From positions 384,001 through 448,000 of the forward strand of contig CBDEFO010000006.1 in the NCBI GenBank assembly GCA_965237525.1: DNA of 64,000 nucleotides, read 5' to 3'. The DNA comes from Candidatus Latescibacterota bacterium (GTDB taxonomy: Bacteria; Latescibacterota; CBDEFO01). A model generated the notes under the pieces. That model was not told the origin of the DNA. It worked only from the letters and a program-made list of their open reading frames with translations, and ran no database searches. A program made the position numbers and the translations under genes. Positions 1-9,887 of the stretch are shown piece by piece. Numbering within the stretch: the first letter of the stretch is position 1; each line of letters starts with the position of its first letter.

Positions 1-65
1 GGAGCTGCTTTATCAATGCTTGTTCTATACTACTTTCTGAATCTAAGGGTTTTTCACAAGGCTTT
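1..65 (-). mobile_element. Left end of a second IS1182-like copy, running off the window start
   Basis: Reverse complement of 1-65 matches 41841-41905 (AAGCCTTGTGAAAAACCCTTAGATTCAG...GCAGCTCC) with about 3 mismatches. Confidence 0.9.
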
Positions 66-130
66 TAGTATCGTGCCAAAATAGAATTATAGAGAGCCAA
101 AACAGTAGACAGCAAAGAGTATATCTAAGT

Positions 131-243
131 GAGATTGCTTCCCTCCGACCCCCCCCACAGGTTCAATCGGGGGCGCTCGCAATGACGGTTTATGGAGGAG
201 AGGCAGTACCCCTGTCTACTGTCTGCTGACTACTGTCTACTTA
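131..243. repeat. REP-like element (GAGATTGCTTC...CTCGCAATGAC) with embedded CCGA..TCGGGG palindrome, followed by GTCTACT-type heptamer repeats
   Basis: Same motifs recur at 1697, 18920, 21027, 28144, 29809, 55181, 57015. Confidence 0.75.
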
Positions 244-244
244 C

Positions 245-817
245 TTAGCGTTCCGCTTCGCCGGCGCACATAAGATAGATCACCTCGGCCAGGTCCCTGT
301 AAATCTCCTCTGTCCCCTTGCCGTTATACTTGGGGACATACTCCACGTTGAAAAAGGCGCTGCTGCTCTGGCTCTTGAATCCCACCTTCACATCAGCCCT
401 GCTGGCAGCGCAAAGATACGCCGTGGTGAGACAGAAATCCCTGTGAAAATCGAGGGAGATGTCTACATTCTCCAGTCCCACCTTCTGTCTGAGGTCTCCC
501 TTGGGAAGGAGGAAGAAGCCGAGATCATCCTCTAAATAGAGGACAGATCTCTCCAGAGATGCATCCTCCGGCAGAAACTCCACTTCGCTTCGCCTCCCCA
601 GAATTACCATGCTTGCGAGAGATAAGCTGTCGGAAAGGTCCCTGGCGACCCTATATGCCCTCCGAGCTTCTTCTATTCCAAAGGGAAGGCAAATCATGAT
701 TATCCTTGCCGATCCCACAGCTCTGTTTACGCAAACCTGCTTCCTCTTCCAGGTCCGCAGTTTCAGCTTTGCTATCTTTACCCCTATTCGGACCTTCCAT
801 TTTGCCGACATGTTCAT
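245..817 (-). CDS. Hypothetical protein (DUF6913-like / glycosyltransferase-9 N-terminal-like)
   Basis: 190-aa ORF directly downstream of pheA; DISLDF...SRADVKVGF pattern. Confidence 0.6.
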   Translation of the reverse strand: MNMSAKWKVRIGVKIAKLKLRTWKRKQVCVNRAVGSARIIMICLPFGIEEARRAYRVARDLSDSLSLASMVILGRRSEVEFLPEDASLERSVLYLEDDLGFFLLPKGDLRQKVGLENVDISLDFHRDFCLTTAYLCAASRADVKVGFKSQSSSAFFNVEYVPKYNGKGTEEIYRDLAEVIYLMCAGEAER

Positions 818-824
818 CTGTTAT

Positions 825-1670
825 CTATACGGAACCTACCGTCCGCCCCTTTTGATAAGAACCTAAGACCTTTACAAATCCCGCAATCTCCTTTAGGTGA
901 CTCATAGCGTTTGAGCATCTTCCGTCTTTTACATCTCCGTCAAAATCCAGATAAAACAGGTACTCCCACAGCTTACCTTTCAAGGGGCGCGACTCTATCT
1001 TTAGAAGATTAACATCCCGCAGTGCAAATACACCTAAGCTCTTAAACAGAGCCCCGGGGACACTTTCTATTGAAAAGACGATAGAGGTCTTCGGATCGGG
1101 CCTATCCTGGATCTCCTCTTTCGACACTACAAGGAACCTGGTGAAGTTCTGTTGGTCGCTCTCAATGCCAGTCTTTAGTATCTCCAGGTCGTAATCTGCC
1201 GCTGCCTGAGCGCTCGCTATCGCCGCAGCGTCAGTGGAACGACCCTCTTTGATCATCTTTGCAGCCCCCGCCGTATCGTAGAGCGGCAGAGCCTCTGCGC
1301 CTTTCAAACTGCCAATAAAGTCCTCACACTGCGACAGCGCCTGCGGATGGGAATATACTTTCTTGACATCTTTGAGCCTGACTCCCTTGTTTACAATCAG
1401 ATTATGGCTTATTCTAAGCATTATCTCCCCGGCGATCACCAGACTGTAGTTCATCAACAGGTCGTAGTTTTGATGTATGCTCCCGGTCAGCGAGTTTTCA
1501 ATCGGGATCATCCCGTACTCACAACTTCCCTCCTGTGTGGACTCAAAGACCATCTTGAAGGTCGGACAGGGGAGTAGATCTATGTCCCTTTTGAAGAACT
1601 CTCTTGCTGCAAGCTCGCTGTAAGCCCCTAACTCCCCCTGAAATGCCACTCTGATCCTGTCCTTGTTCAC
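825..1670 (-). CDS. pheA: Prephenate dehydratase with ACT domain
   Basis: AFQGELGAYSE, PIENS, SHPQALSQC, NFTRF, KIESRP; likely GTG start at 1670 because the longer ORF start lies in a REP element. Confidence 0.95.
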   Translation of the reverse strand: MNKDRIRVAFQGELGAYSELAAREFFKRDIDLLPCPTFKMVFESTQEGSCEYGMIPIENSLTGSIHQNYDLLMNYSLVIAGEIMLRISHNLIVNKGVRLKDVKKVYSHPQALSQCEDFIGSLKGAEALPLYDTAGAAKMIKEGRSTDAAAIASAQAAADYDLEILKTGIESDQQNFTRFLVVSKEEIQDRPDPKTSIVFSIESVPGALFKSLGVFALRDVNLLKIESRPLKGKLWEYLFYLDFDGDVKDGRCSNAMSHLKEIAGFVKVLGSYQKGRTVGSV

Positions 1671-1821
1671 TCTGTATCTCCTATCTGACTGACTACGAGA
1701 TTGCTTCGCTTTGCTCGCAATGACATTGATTGGTTTCAACCTTGGGTCATTCCGAGGGGATGAAACTCCGAATCCCGATTGAACCTATCGGGGACTCATG
1801 GGATGCGAGGCAGTGCCCTGT

Positions 1822-2877
1822 CTACTGTTTGCTATCTACTGCCTTTTTGAGGTACTCCGATAAGAGCCACCCAACGTTCAGAATTCCCTCTACGGAGCAT
1901 ATTTCATATCCATGCGTATTTTCAGCGGGATAGCATACGCAGGCGGCCGCGGCTGCAGCCCCGTACTTGTTAGCATAGCTGGCGTCACTGCCGAAAGATG
2001 AGACACACGCCCTTTGAACTCTTAGCCCCAAACCCTCCGCCACTTTTGCTAAACTGGCGTTGATCCTCTCGCTATAGACGACATGCCTGTCCTGGTACAA
2101 CAGGATAGGATGAGGGCTATTTGTCGTCCCAAACTCCTCTAGGACAGGCCCAACTTCCACAGCTATTATCTCGTCTACAGGGAGGGTCCTGGCGCTGTAT
2201 ACAGCTCCTATTGCACCTATCTCCTCAGATGAACTTGCCACAAGATACACGTCAACTGGGAAGTCCTCTCCTTTGAGATTCTCCATGATTCCCACTAAAA
2301 TCGTCACAGCTGCCTTACAATCTAAACCGTAGCCGCATATATAATCTCCCATCACAAAGGGACGCTTCCTGTGTTTACCTATGACTACTTTGCTGCCTAC
2401 ATGCACTCCCGCTTTTTCTAACTCCTCTTTTTTCATCTTGGTCTCGATCCACACCATATCCCAGGACAGCCCCTTTTCTCCCATCTTAAGATCGGACATA
2501 TGTTCTGACAGAGTATGCCTGGATCCCGCTGAGAGCACTCCGCTTATGGTACGATTATCCCCAAGCACGTCCACAACGCCTTCGCCGTAGACCCAAGGGT
2601 AGGCCCCCCCGATATTTTTGACGATCAAAGCGCCATCTTCATCTATTCCGCTCACGATCATTCCTATCTCGTCCTTGTGACCCGTCAGGCATATAGCCCC
2701 TTCTGATGATCTTCCCCTTAAGAGAGCCACTATATTGCCCGCCTGATCCTGCCAGACATCGTCGGAAAGGGTTCTGAACTCCTCAATTATGATGCTATCT
2801 ACCTCTTGTTCATTCCCGCTCGGAGAATGAGCCATAACTAACCTATCTATCAGCCGAATCAGACGATCCCTGTTCAT
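1822..2877 (-). CDS. M42 family metallopeptidase
   Basis: SPSGNE, GHKDEIG, GLDCK, SSEEIG, GSDA, NTHGYE. Confidence 0.9.
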   Translation of the reverse strand: MNRDRLIRLIDRLVMAHSPSGNEQEVDSIIIEEFRTLSDDVWQDQAGNIVALLRGRSSEGAICLTGHKDEIGMIVSGIDEDGALIVKNIGGAYPWVYGEGVVDVLGDNRTISGVLSAGSRHTLSEHMSDLKMGEKGLSWDMVWIETKMKKEELEKAGVHVGSKVVIGKHRKRPFVMGDYICGYGLDCKAAVTILVGIMENLKGEDFPVDVYLVASSSEEIGAIGAVYSARTLPVDEIIAVEVGPVLEEFGTTNSPHPILLYQDRHVVYSERINASLAKVAEGLGLRVQRACVSSFGSDASYANKYGAAAAAACVCYPAENTHGYEICSVEGILNVGWLLSEYLKKAVDSKQ

Positions 2878-2946
2878 GGAGTTTCCTAAAGTTAAGGGGA
2901 TTCACGGGCCTGCCCCGAGCGTTCACCTTATGTCTCACAACTCCCA

Positions 2947-3032
2947 AATATATTCACTTTCTCCCTTTATGTCAATAATGAAAGCCCGACGTGGACATTT
3001 TCCTTGACTTTGATCCCGCCTTTTTGTATTTT
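2947..3032. promoter_or_regulatory. Divergent sigma70-like promoters
   Basis: Minus: TTGACA-17-TATATT (2975-2947); plus: TTGACT-17-TATTTT (3004-3032). Confidence 0.6.
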
Positions 3033-3129
3033 CTCCATAAGGTTGGATCGAGTATAATAGGCGTCGGTGATGTGTATGTAGCCGGCGGCGCTACTTTTGC
3101 CAAAATTGCTAATTTTGAGGATGTAGCAA

Positions 3130-3735
3130 ATGGAAATGGCGTTCATACTCACAGTACTTTTCTTTTCGGTGGTAGTACACGAATTTGCGCACGGTTACGT
3201 AGCTCTTTTGAGGGGAGATACGACTGCAAGAGATGCAGGGAGGCTAACGCTAAATCCGGTACCGCACATAGATATAGTAGGAACGATAATTCTGCCGCTA
3301 GTGCTGGTCATATCAAATTCGAGTTTCTTCATAGGATGGGCAAAGCCCGTGCCTGTGAACCCGTATAATCTGCGCAACAGAGAAAAGGATATGATGCTGG
3401 TGGCAGCGGCAGGTCCAGCGACTAATATCGCGATGGCGTTGGTCTCAGCTATCCTTATCGGCCAGATCGGATACGGAAATGCCGTTGTGGATCAGATCCT
3501 CTTCCCCGCTTGTTATATCAACGTCATACTTGCAGTCTTTAATCTTATGCCGATCCCGCCTCTGGACGGATCCAAGATACTGATGGGGATATTGCCCAGG
3601 GATATTGCAACGTCCTATGCCCGGCTGGAACGGTACGGGATGTTGATAATCTTTGCGGCTCTAGTTTTAGGACTTATACATAAGGTAGTTGTTCCGATCC
3701 GCGATGCAGTCCTTAGTCTCCTGCTTCCGTCTTAG
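3130..3735 (+). CDS. Site-2 protease, peptidase M50
   Basis: HEFAH, GWAKPVP, AGPATN, FNLMPIPPLDG. Confidence 0.95.
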   Translation: MEMAFILTVLFFSVVVHEFAHGYVALLRGDTTARDAGRLTLNPVPHIDIVGTIILPLVLVISNSSFFIGWAKPVPVNPYNLRNREKDMMLVAAAGPATNIAMALVSAILIGQIGYGNAVVDQILFPACYINVILAVFNLMPIPPLDGSKILMGILPRDIATSYARLERYGMLIIFAALVLGLIHKVVVPIRDAVLSLLLPS

Positions 3736-3755
3736 AGGCATCTTTTGATTATATT

Positions 3756-4634
3756 TTGAATGATGGAGAAGACCCTAACCCAGAGGAGGTGATCTGTAGT
3801 ATAGTTAATCGAATTCTTCTCGTTTTTTATATCTGTGCAGTGTGGCTGTCATTCAGTTCTCGGGCGTTTGCCGGCGCGTGGACTCAGCAGAAGAACGGCT
3901 ATTACTTCAAGATTGCAACAAATTACCTGAAATCAACGGATAACCTCGATTCAGATGGAAATGAGGTTCCAAAGCCGGGGATGGGGACACTGAAGGACCT
4001 TAATTTCTCGGCATATCTAGAATACGGGGTTCTGGACCATCTGACCCTTGTTGCTACGATACCCTACAAACGACTATCCGATACCCGCACCTTTACAGGA
4101 GGTATCGGGAAAGAGAGAGTCACCGGTTTCAGCGATCTGGAAGTGAGACTTCGACGGGGATTGATGAACCAGGCGCTTGTCACTTCGATTGCCCTGGGGG
4201 GCAAGTTCCCTGCGGGGTACGAAGTAGATGACGACACCCGTGTACCCCTGGGCACCACCAAAGTGGATGCGGACATCCGTCTCCTCGTAGGACGGTCCTT
4301 TTATCCCGTTCCAGGATACTCGACCGGAGAGTTCGGTTACCGGATCCGGGGCGGCCAGTTCAGCGATGAAATTTTCTACGCCCTGGAGGCGGGTCTTGCA
4401 GTAAATCGCTTTCTGTTAAAAGGGCTGGTAACGGGTGTAAGAACACTTGGTACGTGCGGAGCGGTAGGACAGGCCAATCTGATCGGGGACCAGAACATCC
4501 TGAAACTGTCGCCCGGCGTGACATATCTTTTAAGAGATAACGTCGAGCTAAGTTTGGAAATCGTTCATACTGCATCCGGCTGCAACACAACCGCAGGGAG
4601 CACCATGTCGCTGGGGGTGGCTCTTAAGAGGTAA
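3756..4634 (+). CDS. Exported hypothetical protein, probable outer-membrane beta-barrel; start uncertain
   Basis: Signal peptide ending AFA-GAWTQ; alternating beta-strand pattern; YLEYG. Confidence 0.65.
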   Translation: MNDGEDPNPEEVICSIVNRILLVFYICAVWLSFSSRAFAGAWTQQKNGYYFKIATNYLKSTDNLDSDGNEVPKPGMGTLKDLNFSAYLEYGVLDHLTLVATIPYKRLSDTRTFTGGIGKERVTGFSDLEVRLRRGLMNQALVTSIALGGKFPAGYEVDDDTRVPLGTTKVDADIRLLVGRSFYPVPGYSTGEFGYRIRGGQFSDEIFYALEAGLAVNRFLLKGLVTGVRTLGTCGAVGQANLIGDQNILKLSPGVTYLLRDNVELSLEIVHTASGCNTTAGSTMSLGVALKR

Positions 4635-4939
4635 GATTAAGCGTCCGGTCTTAACAAGTAGCCAGCATTAATTGCCTCGAATCGTCCAAAGCTTTCTCAC
4701 ACGCCTGGAAAACGGTGGCAGAAACACATTCGGGCATAACCTCGCTTATTTAGTGTCTTCAAGGTCTCTCAATATGTCAGGAATGCGAAGAAAATGCAAC
4801 CTTTCGCCATTCCAGGTATCTTATCTTTTGAGGAGATCGTCGCCTAGTGAGAAGATGCGTTTTTGATACGTCTCTACCTCAATCTGCATGTTAATCTGCA
4901 TCAGCCATAGCAGCTGAGATCATATAAAAGGAGTGCAAC

Positions 4940-5932
4940 ATGCCACGAAAAGGCTGGGAGATTCCAGAAAGAGAAGCCACACCGGAAGATGTCTACATAA
5001 ATAGGCGGCGTTTTCTCAAGGCCATGGGGATTACGAGTCTGGGTGCTGCGGGACTGTGGACGGGGTGCAGCAGCGAAAGTAGTTTTGAACCGTTTGTAGA
5101 ATCCCCCGGTAGCTCCAGAGAAGAAGAGGGCTCTTCCGAGGTCGAAGAGAGTCTCTATCCTGCGCCTCATAACGAGGTCTATACGCTGGATCGCCCCCTG
5201 ACCTTAGAAAACGTGGCCGCCACATACAACAACTTCTACGAATTTTCCTTTGGTAAAGCTGTATGGAAGAATGTGGGCAAGTTTACTATCGATCCCTGGA
5301 AGGTCGAAGTGACGGGGAAGGTCAATAACCCGAAGACTTATGATATCGACGATCTCATCCGTAAAATGCCGTTGGAAGAGCGGCTCTATCGCCTCCGTTG
5401 TGTGGAGGCATGGTCTATGGCCCTGCCGTGGACAGGTTTTCCTATGACGGCCCTTATTAAGGAGGTAGAACCCCTATCTTCCGCCAGCTATGTCAAAATG
5501 ACGACCTTCCTCAATCCAAGAGAGGCGGATGGACAGTGGAACCGTCCCGAATATCCCTGGCCTTACCAGGAAGGGCTGACTATGGAAGAGGCTATGAACG
5601 AATTGACACTACTGGCAACGGGCATCTATGGCCACGAACTGCCCAAACAGCACGGCGCACCCATCCGGCTGGTCGTACCCTGGAAGTACGGTTTCAAGAG
5701 CATAAAATCGATCGTACGCATTGAGTTTACTGAGTATATGCCCGCAACTATGTGGAATACTTTAGTCCCTCGGGAGTACGACTTCTGGGCCAATGTCAAT
5801 CCGAATGTGCCACACCCCCGGTGGTCCCAGGCGGAAGAACGTTTTATCGTGAACAACATTTCGGGCAACGATTTAATACCTACGCAGTTGTACAACGGCT
5901 ACGCGGATTATGTGGCTCATCTATATTTATAA
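4940..5932 (+). CDS. msrP: Protein-methionine-sulfoxide reductase catalytic subunit
   Basis: Tat motif NRRRFLK, YNNFYEF, RCVEAWSM, GAPIRLVVPWKYGFKSIK, HPRWSQ. Confidence 0.95.
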   Translation: MPRKGWEIPEREATPEDVYINRRRFLKAMGITSLGAAGLWTGCSSESSFEPFVESPGSSREEEGSSEVEESLYPAPHNEVYTLDRPLTLENVAATYNNFYEFSFGKAVWKNVGKFTIDPWKVEVTGKVNNPKTYDIDDLIRKMPLEERLYRLRCVEAWSMALPWTGFPMTALIKEVEPLSSASYVKMTTFLNPREADGQWNRPEYPWPYQEGLTMEEAMNELTLLATGIYGHELPKQHGAPIRLVVPWKYGFKSIKSIVRIEFTEYMPATMWNTLVPREYDFWANVNPNVPHPRWSQAEERFIVNNISGNDLIPTQLYNGYADYVAHLYL

Positions 5933-6158
5933 GATGCTACATCGGTCCCGCCATTCCAGGCTTGTCCCCGATTGCTTCTATCGGGGACTTGGAGAGCTAC
6001 GGCGGATTGTGAAGTTTACGGATCCGTATTGGGCATCTTCCTGTGGCTACGGTTCTTAGCACCTAACTCAAGCAGACCAGCTATATTCGAACCCCGACAG
6101 ATTCGTTCGAAGGTCAAGTTCCGTGCCACTGTCTTCCCTATTTTAGCCACAATACCAT

Positions 6159-7664
6159 ATGGAACACCCAGAGAACACATCACTGAGAGTCTGCTTCGCC
6201 TCCGCTGAGGCGGCTCCCTTTGCGAAGGCAGGCGGGCTTGCGGATGTAGCAGGCGCGCTTCCGAAGGCCTTGAAGGTGTCAGGCGCGGCAATAATCATCT
6301 TCATACCTAAGTACGGTTCTATCGACGATGAGGAGTTCGAGCTTTCTAAAGTTGATGAGATCCCTGATACTAAGATAGCTATGGGTTCTAAACACACGTC
6401 TGCTTCCCTTTGGAAGGCACAATTGCCCGGCTCTTGTGTTGAGACGTATTTCATCGGAAACACGGAGTACTTCTCCAGAAAGGGCATTTACAACGATCCC
6501 AAGACTGGGGAGGGTTATAGAGACAACCACGAAAGATATATATTCTTTATGCGCGCCCTTCTGTCCTTTATCGAGGCTCTGGACTGGAAGCCCGATGTTA
6601 TTCACTGCAACGATTACCAGACGGGATTGATCCCGGCGTATCTCAAAACCCTTTACAGCGATAACCCGTTCTACAGGGACGTCTCAACACTCTACACCAT
6701 TCACAATCTCCAATATCAGGGGATCTATCCGAAAAAAGCGCTGTCCCTTACTGGCTTTCCAGAGGACGCGTTCTATCCCCTGAGTCCTTTCGAGTTCTGG
6801 GGAAACGTAAACTTTATGAAGGCGGGCATAGTCTATGCCGATGTCTTGAACACCGTAAGCCAGCGCTACGCAGAGGAGATTCAAACGGCAGAGGAGTTCG
6901 GGTACGGTCTGGAGGGCCTGCTTAAGGACAGGTCTGAGGACCTGCACGGGATAGTGAACGGGATCGACTACTCTATCTGGAATCCGGCGACAGATGAACT
7001 GATACCTTTCAGCTACACGCCGGACGATCTTTCGGGAAAGAGGAAAAACAAAGAGGAACTGTTAAAGCAGAACGGCTTGCCGATCTTAAAGGAAGACGTG
7101 CCACTTATCGGAATAATATCCAGACTGGCGGATCAGAAGGGATTCGATCTTATAGAGAAGGCCGCCGATAAGATGATGTCGCTGGATTTGCAGGTGGTAG
7201 TCCTCGGGACAGGGCAGAAGAAGTACCACGACATGCTGCAAATGCTTGAGAAGGAGTACCCAGAGAAGATCAAAGTAAATCTGGCCTTCGACAATAGATT
7301 AGCTCACCTGATAGAGGCTGGATCCGATATGTTTTTGATGCCTTCCAGATTTGAACCGTGCGGCCTGAACCAGCTCTACAGCCTCAAATACGGGACGATT
7401 CCGATAGTCAGGAGGACGGGAGGACTCGCCGATACGATAGACGATTACGATCAAAAGACAGGAAAGGGCACTCGCTTTGTCTTCAGCGACTATTCTCCCG
7501 ATGCGATGTTGGAGGCAATATGTAGGGCTGTCGGGACTTATCAGAATAAGGATGAGTGGACAAACATAATGCAAAGCACTATGTCGAAAGATTTCTCGTG
7601 GGAATCCTCCGCCAAGAAGTACATCCAACTCTATGGAAAGGCCATATCGAAAAGAAGGGCATAA
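6159..7664 (+). CDS. glgA: Glycogen synthase
   Basis: KAGGLADV, HCNDYQT, TIHNL, SRLADQKG, MPSRFEPCGL. Confidence 0.97.
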   Translation: MEHPENTSLRVCFASAEAAPFAKAGGLADVAGALPKALKVSGAAIIIFIPKYGSIDDEEFELSKVDEIPDTKIAMGSKHTSASLWKAQLPGSCVETYFIGNTEYFSRKGIYNDPKTGEGYRDNHERYIFFMRALLSFIEALDWKPDVIHCNDYQTGLIPAYLKTLYSDNPFYRDVSTLYTIHNLQYQGIYPKKALSLTGFPEDAFYPLSPFEFWGNVNFMKAGIVYADVLNTVSQRYAEEIQTAEEFGYGLEGLLKDRSEDLHGIVNGIDYSIWNPATDELIPFSYTPDDLSGKRKNKEELLKQNGLPILKEDVPLIGIISRLADQKGFDLIEKAADKMMSLDLQVVVLGTGQKKYHDMLQMLEKEYPEKIKVNLAFDNRLAHLIEAGSDMFLMPSRFEPCGLNQLYSLKYGTIPIVRRTGGLADTIDDYDQKTGKGTRFVFSDYSPDAMLEAICRAVGTYQNKDEWTNIMQSTMSKDFSWESSAKKYIQLYGKAISKRRA

Positions 7665-7807
7665 GTTCGATCCGCCTGAAAAGAAAAACTCCTCTTGGGT
7701 AGACCCTGGAACCAGCGCGAAGAACTTGCTTAACTTGTCCGATTTCATGCTCAGACAAATGGGTTCACGTTACACCATAGAGCCACCTCCTTAATTATTA
7801 CACATAA

Positions 7808-7836
7808 ATTATACACAAAGGAATTCACAGTGGCAA
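7808..7836 (-). promoter_or_regulatory. sigma70-like promoter ahead of a dead mini-gene, pointing into the 3' end of glgA
   Basis: TTGCCA-17-TATAAT with TG extension, then AAGGAGG and ATG GTG TAA. Confidence 0.5.
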
Positions 7837-8065
7837 CAATTTTTTTCACTTTTTGAGGTGACACAGAAGTTGCCGAAGCCCCCCTTACGGACGAAGGTTT
7901 CGAGAGATTGTGGGACGACTGGATAAGCCGGAAGGAGAGGAGTTCATGGGAGTAAGGGGGCTATTCGTCCACATATGACAGCTAGCATCAGGCACTTACG
8001 AGATCAGTTTGAGAGACGTTTTACACACACGCTTCTTTACATATCTCATGAAAGATAAAGTGAGC

Positions 8066-8782
8066 TTAACTATCCTGACTAGACCTATTCTTTGTTAGAT
8101 TAGAATCGTTAAAGTAACTCATGAATATTTCCCTGAGGCGCGGGAGAACTCCTTCATCGCTGGAAATATCTGTCGGAAATATGCGTCGCAGAGCACGATA
8201 GAAAAGACAAAAGTCGAGCGCAGGCATCAGCTTACCTTTAAAAGTCGTTCTGTCAAAACTCATGCTTGCCTGTGCAATCATCTCGTGGACAAGAGGGTTG
8301 CGTATTCCTTTGTACGCCAGAGCCGCTAAGGTTCCTCCCCAGATATTATCCTTTATCTTGGCAAGCTCTTTTGCGTCTACATCTGGCTCTACAAAGTTCA
8401 GAATCTGTTCCTCGGTGTAGAGCTTTCCCTCAGCCCTTGTCAACACACCCGTAAGCTTGCTTCCGATTTGCTGAAGCCATTTTTCCTTGGCGTCTGCAAT
8501 CCATGTTCGTAATTGCTTTGGATGGATGTGCCAGAGCATCTCCTCTCTACCATATTCTCTTAAGATGCGCACAAACTTCCAACGGTTCCCTTTCTTCTGC
8601 TGGTACAATGTGTTTGCTAGACTCTCTATGTAGCAACAGCACAAAAGTAAAGCCTCCTTTTCGTGACCGTCTTCGTATAGCTCATCGAGGAATGCCACTC
8701 TCTCATTAAACTCCTCAAGAGTCGCCTCAATACATAGTAGCTTAAACTTCCTGTTGTCTTCTTTCTCCAACTTTGCTTTCAC
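8066..8782 (-). CDS. Hypothetical protein with HEPN-like Rx4H motif
   Basis: 238-aa ORF; CCYIESLA helix and IRNPLVHE motif. Confidence 0.55.
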   Translation of the reverse strand: MKAKLEKEDNRKFKLLCIEATLEEFNERVAFLDELYEDGHEKEALLLCCCYIESLANTLYQQKKGNRWKFVRILREYGREEMLWHIHPKQLRTWIADAKEKWLQQIGSKLTGVLTRAEGKLYTEEQILNFVEPDVDAKELAKIKDNIWGGTLAALAYKGIRNPLVHEMIAQASMSFDRTTFKGKLMPALDFCLFYRALRRIFPTDISSDEGVLPRLREIFMSYFNDSNLTKNRSSQDS

Positions 8783-8879
8783 TTATTGAACACTTCCTTT
8801 TGGTGTGTCAGTCTTTTTGGCAGTCCAGCAGTACGCAAAAAACTCATCATTTGTCATTACTCTAAAACCATTGACTTAC

Positions 8880-9000
8880 TCACTCCTCCGGCTTCCATCT
8901 GACAATAGGCTCCTTAACAGCCATGGCGTCATCCAGCCTTCCTATGGGAGCATTGTGCGGAGCAGACCTCACCGATTCGGGATCACCTTACACTTCCTCG
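8880..9000 (-). repeat. Diverged duplicate of the gcvPB 3' end
   Basis: Aligns to ~9890-10010 with scattered substitutions. Confidence 0.9.
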
Positions 9001-9031
9001 TATATTAAATTGATTGATGTCCATAATGTTA

Positions 9032-9784
9032 TCATTGGTCTTTTATTAATGCACGATATGTAAATTTTGTTTTTTCTGTTGAATTAAAATTCTTTATTGA
9101 TTTTTTCAAACTTTCTTTCGAAAAATGTTGTTTATTCTCTTCAATGAATGTCATCACTATATCTTTGTTAGATTTGGACAATTCCCTGAGAATCCAACCA
9201 ACACCTGTTTTTGCAAAACGTTCATCTCTTTTAATCAATGCTGAACAAGATCTCAACAGTAAAGGAGTAAATTCTCTTTCTTTGGTTAGATTAGCAAAAG
9301 CTACCAAGGATGCTCTGGCTTGCCAAACATTTCTTGAAGTTCTCCATTTTGCAATGGCTTTGGCACAAGGCAAGCCATTCTCTTTTATCATTGGTCCTAA
9401 CACTCTAACGCAAAACCAATCGCAAATATTCCAATCGTAGATATAATTCTTCTGGAAAAGTTCCCCAAATTTTGGAATAAGTGTTTTCCAATCAAATTTT
9501 TTAGAAAGATGGTCTTGTAAAAACAAGACGCCTGCAAGTTTATCCTCCGCATATTTTTCAGCAAAAAATGAGAGAGCTAAGTCTAATTGAGTATTGAGTG
9601 CCAATTTCTCGATGTGTTCGCTTTTATACCATTTTTTTAGTTCCTCTCTGATTTTGACTAGATTTACTCCTCTAAATTCAATACTATTCTTGAGGTATTT
9701 TTCCCACCAATCTTTAGTCCTGTTGTCAGCAATTTTATCAAGTCTTGATTCAAGAGATTGTATTGACTGTTTATGAGAAATCAT
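9032..9784 (-). CDS. DNA alkylation repair protein (AlkD-like), AT-rich
   Basis: WNICDW, WQARA, FAKTGVGWILRELSK. Confidence 0.85.
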   Translation of the reverse strand: MISHKQSIQSLESRLDKIADNRTKDWWEKYLKNSIEFRGVNLVKIREELKKWYKSEHIEKLALNTQLDLALSFFAEKYAEDKLAGVLFLQDHLSKKFDWKTLIPKFGELFQKNYIYDWNICDWFCVRVLGPMIKENGLPCAKAIAKWRTSRNVWQARASLVAFANLTKEREFTPLLLRSCSALIKRDERFAKTGVGWILRELSKSNKDIVMTFIEENKQHFSKESLKKSIKNFNSTEKTKFTYRALIKDQ

Positions 9785-9887
9785 ATTAAATTCAATACAT
9801 TAGATCGTTATAAAATGTACGTCTCTTATAGGAAAATGCAGACAGAGCAGTTGGTAGCTGTGAACATCTGTGCTGCGCGTTACAGAA

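Noticed and set aside
7877..7962. Inverted repeat CCCCCTTAC / GTAAGGGGG as an RNA element
   Set aside because: Single 9-bp stem with a long loop and no supporting structure
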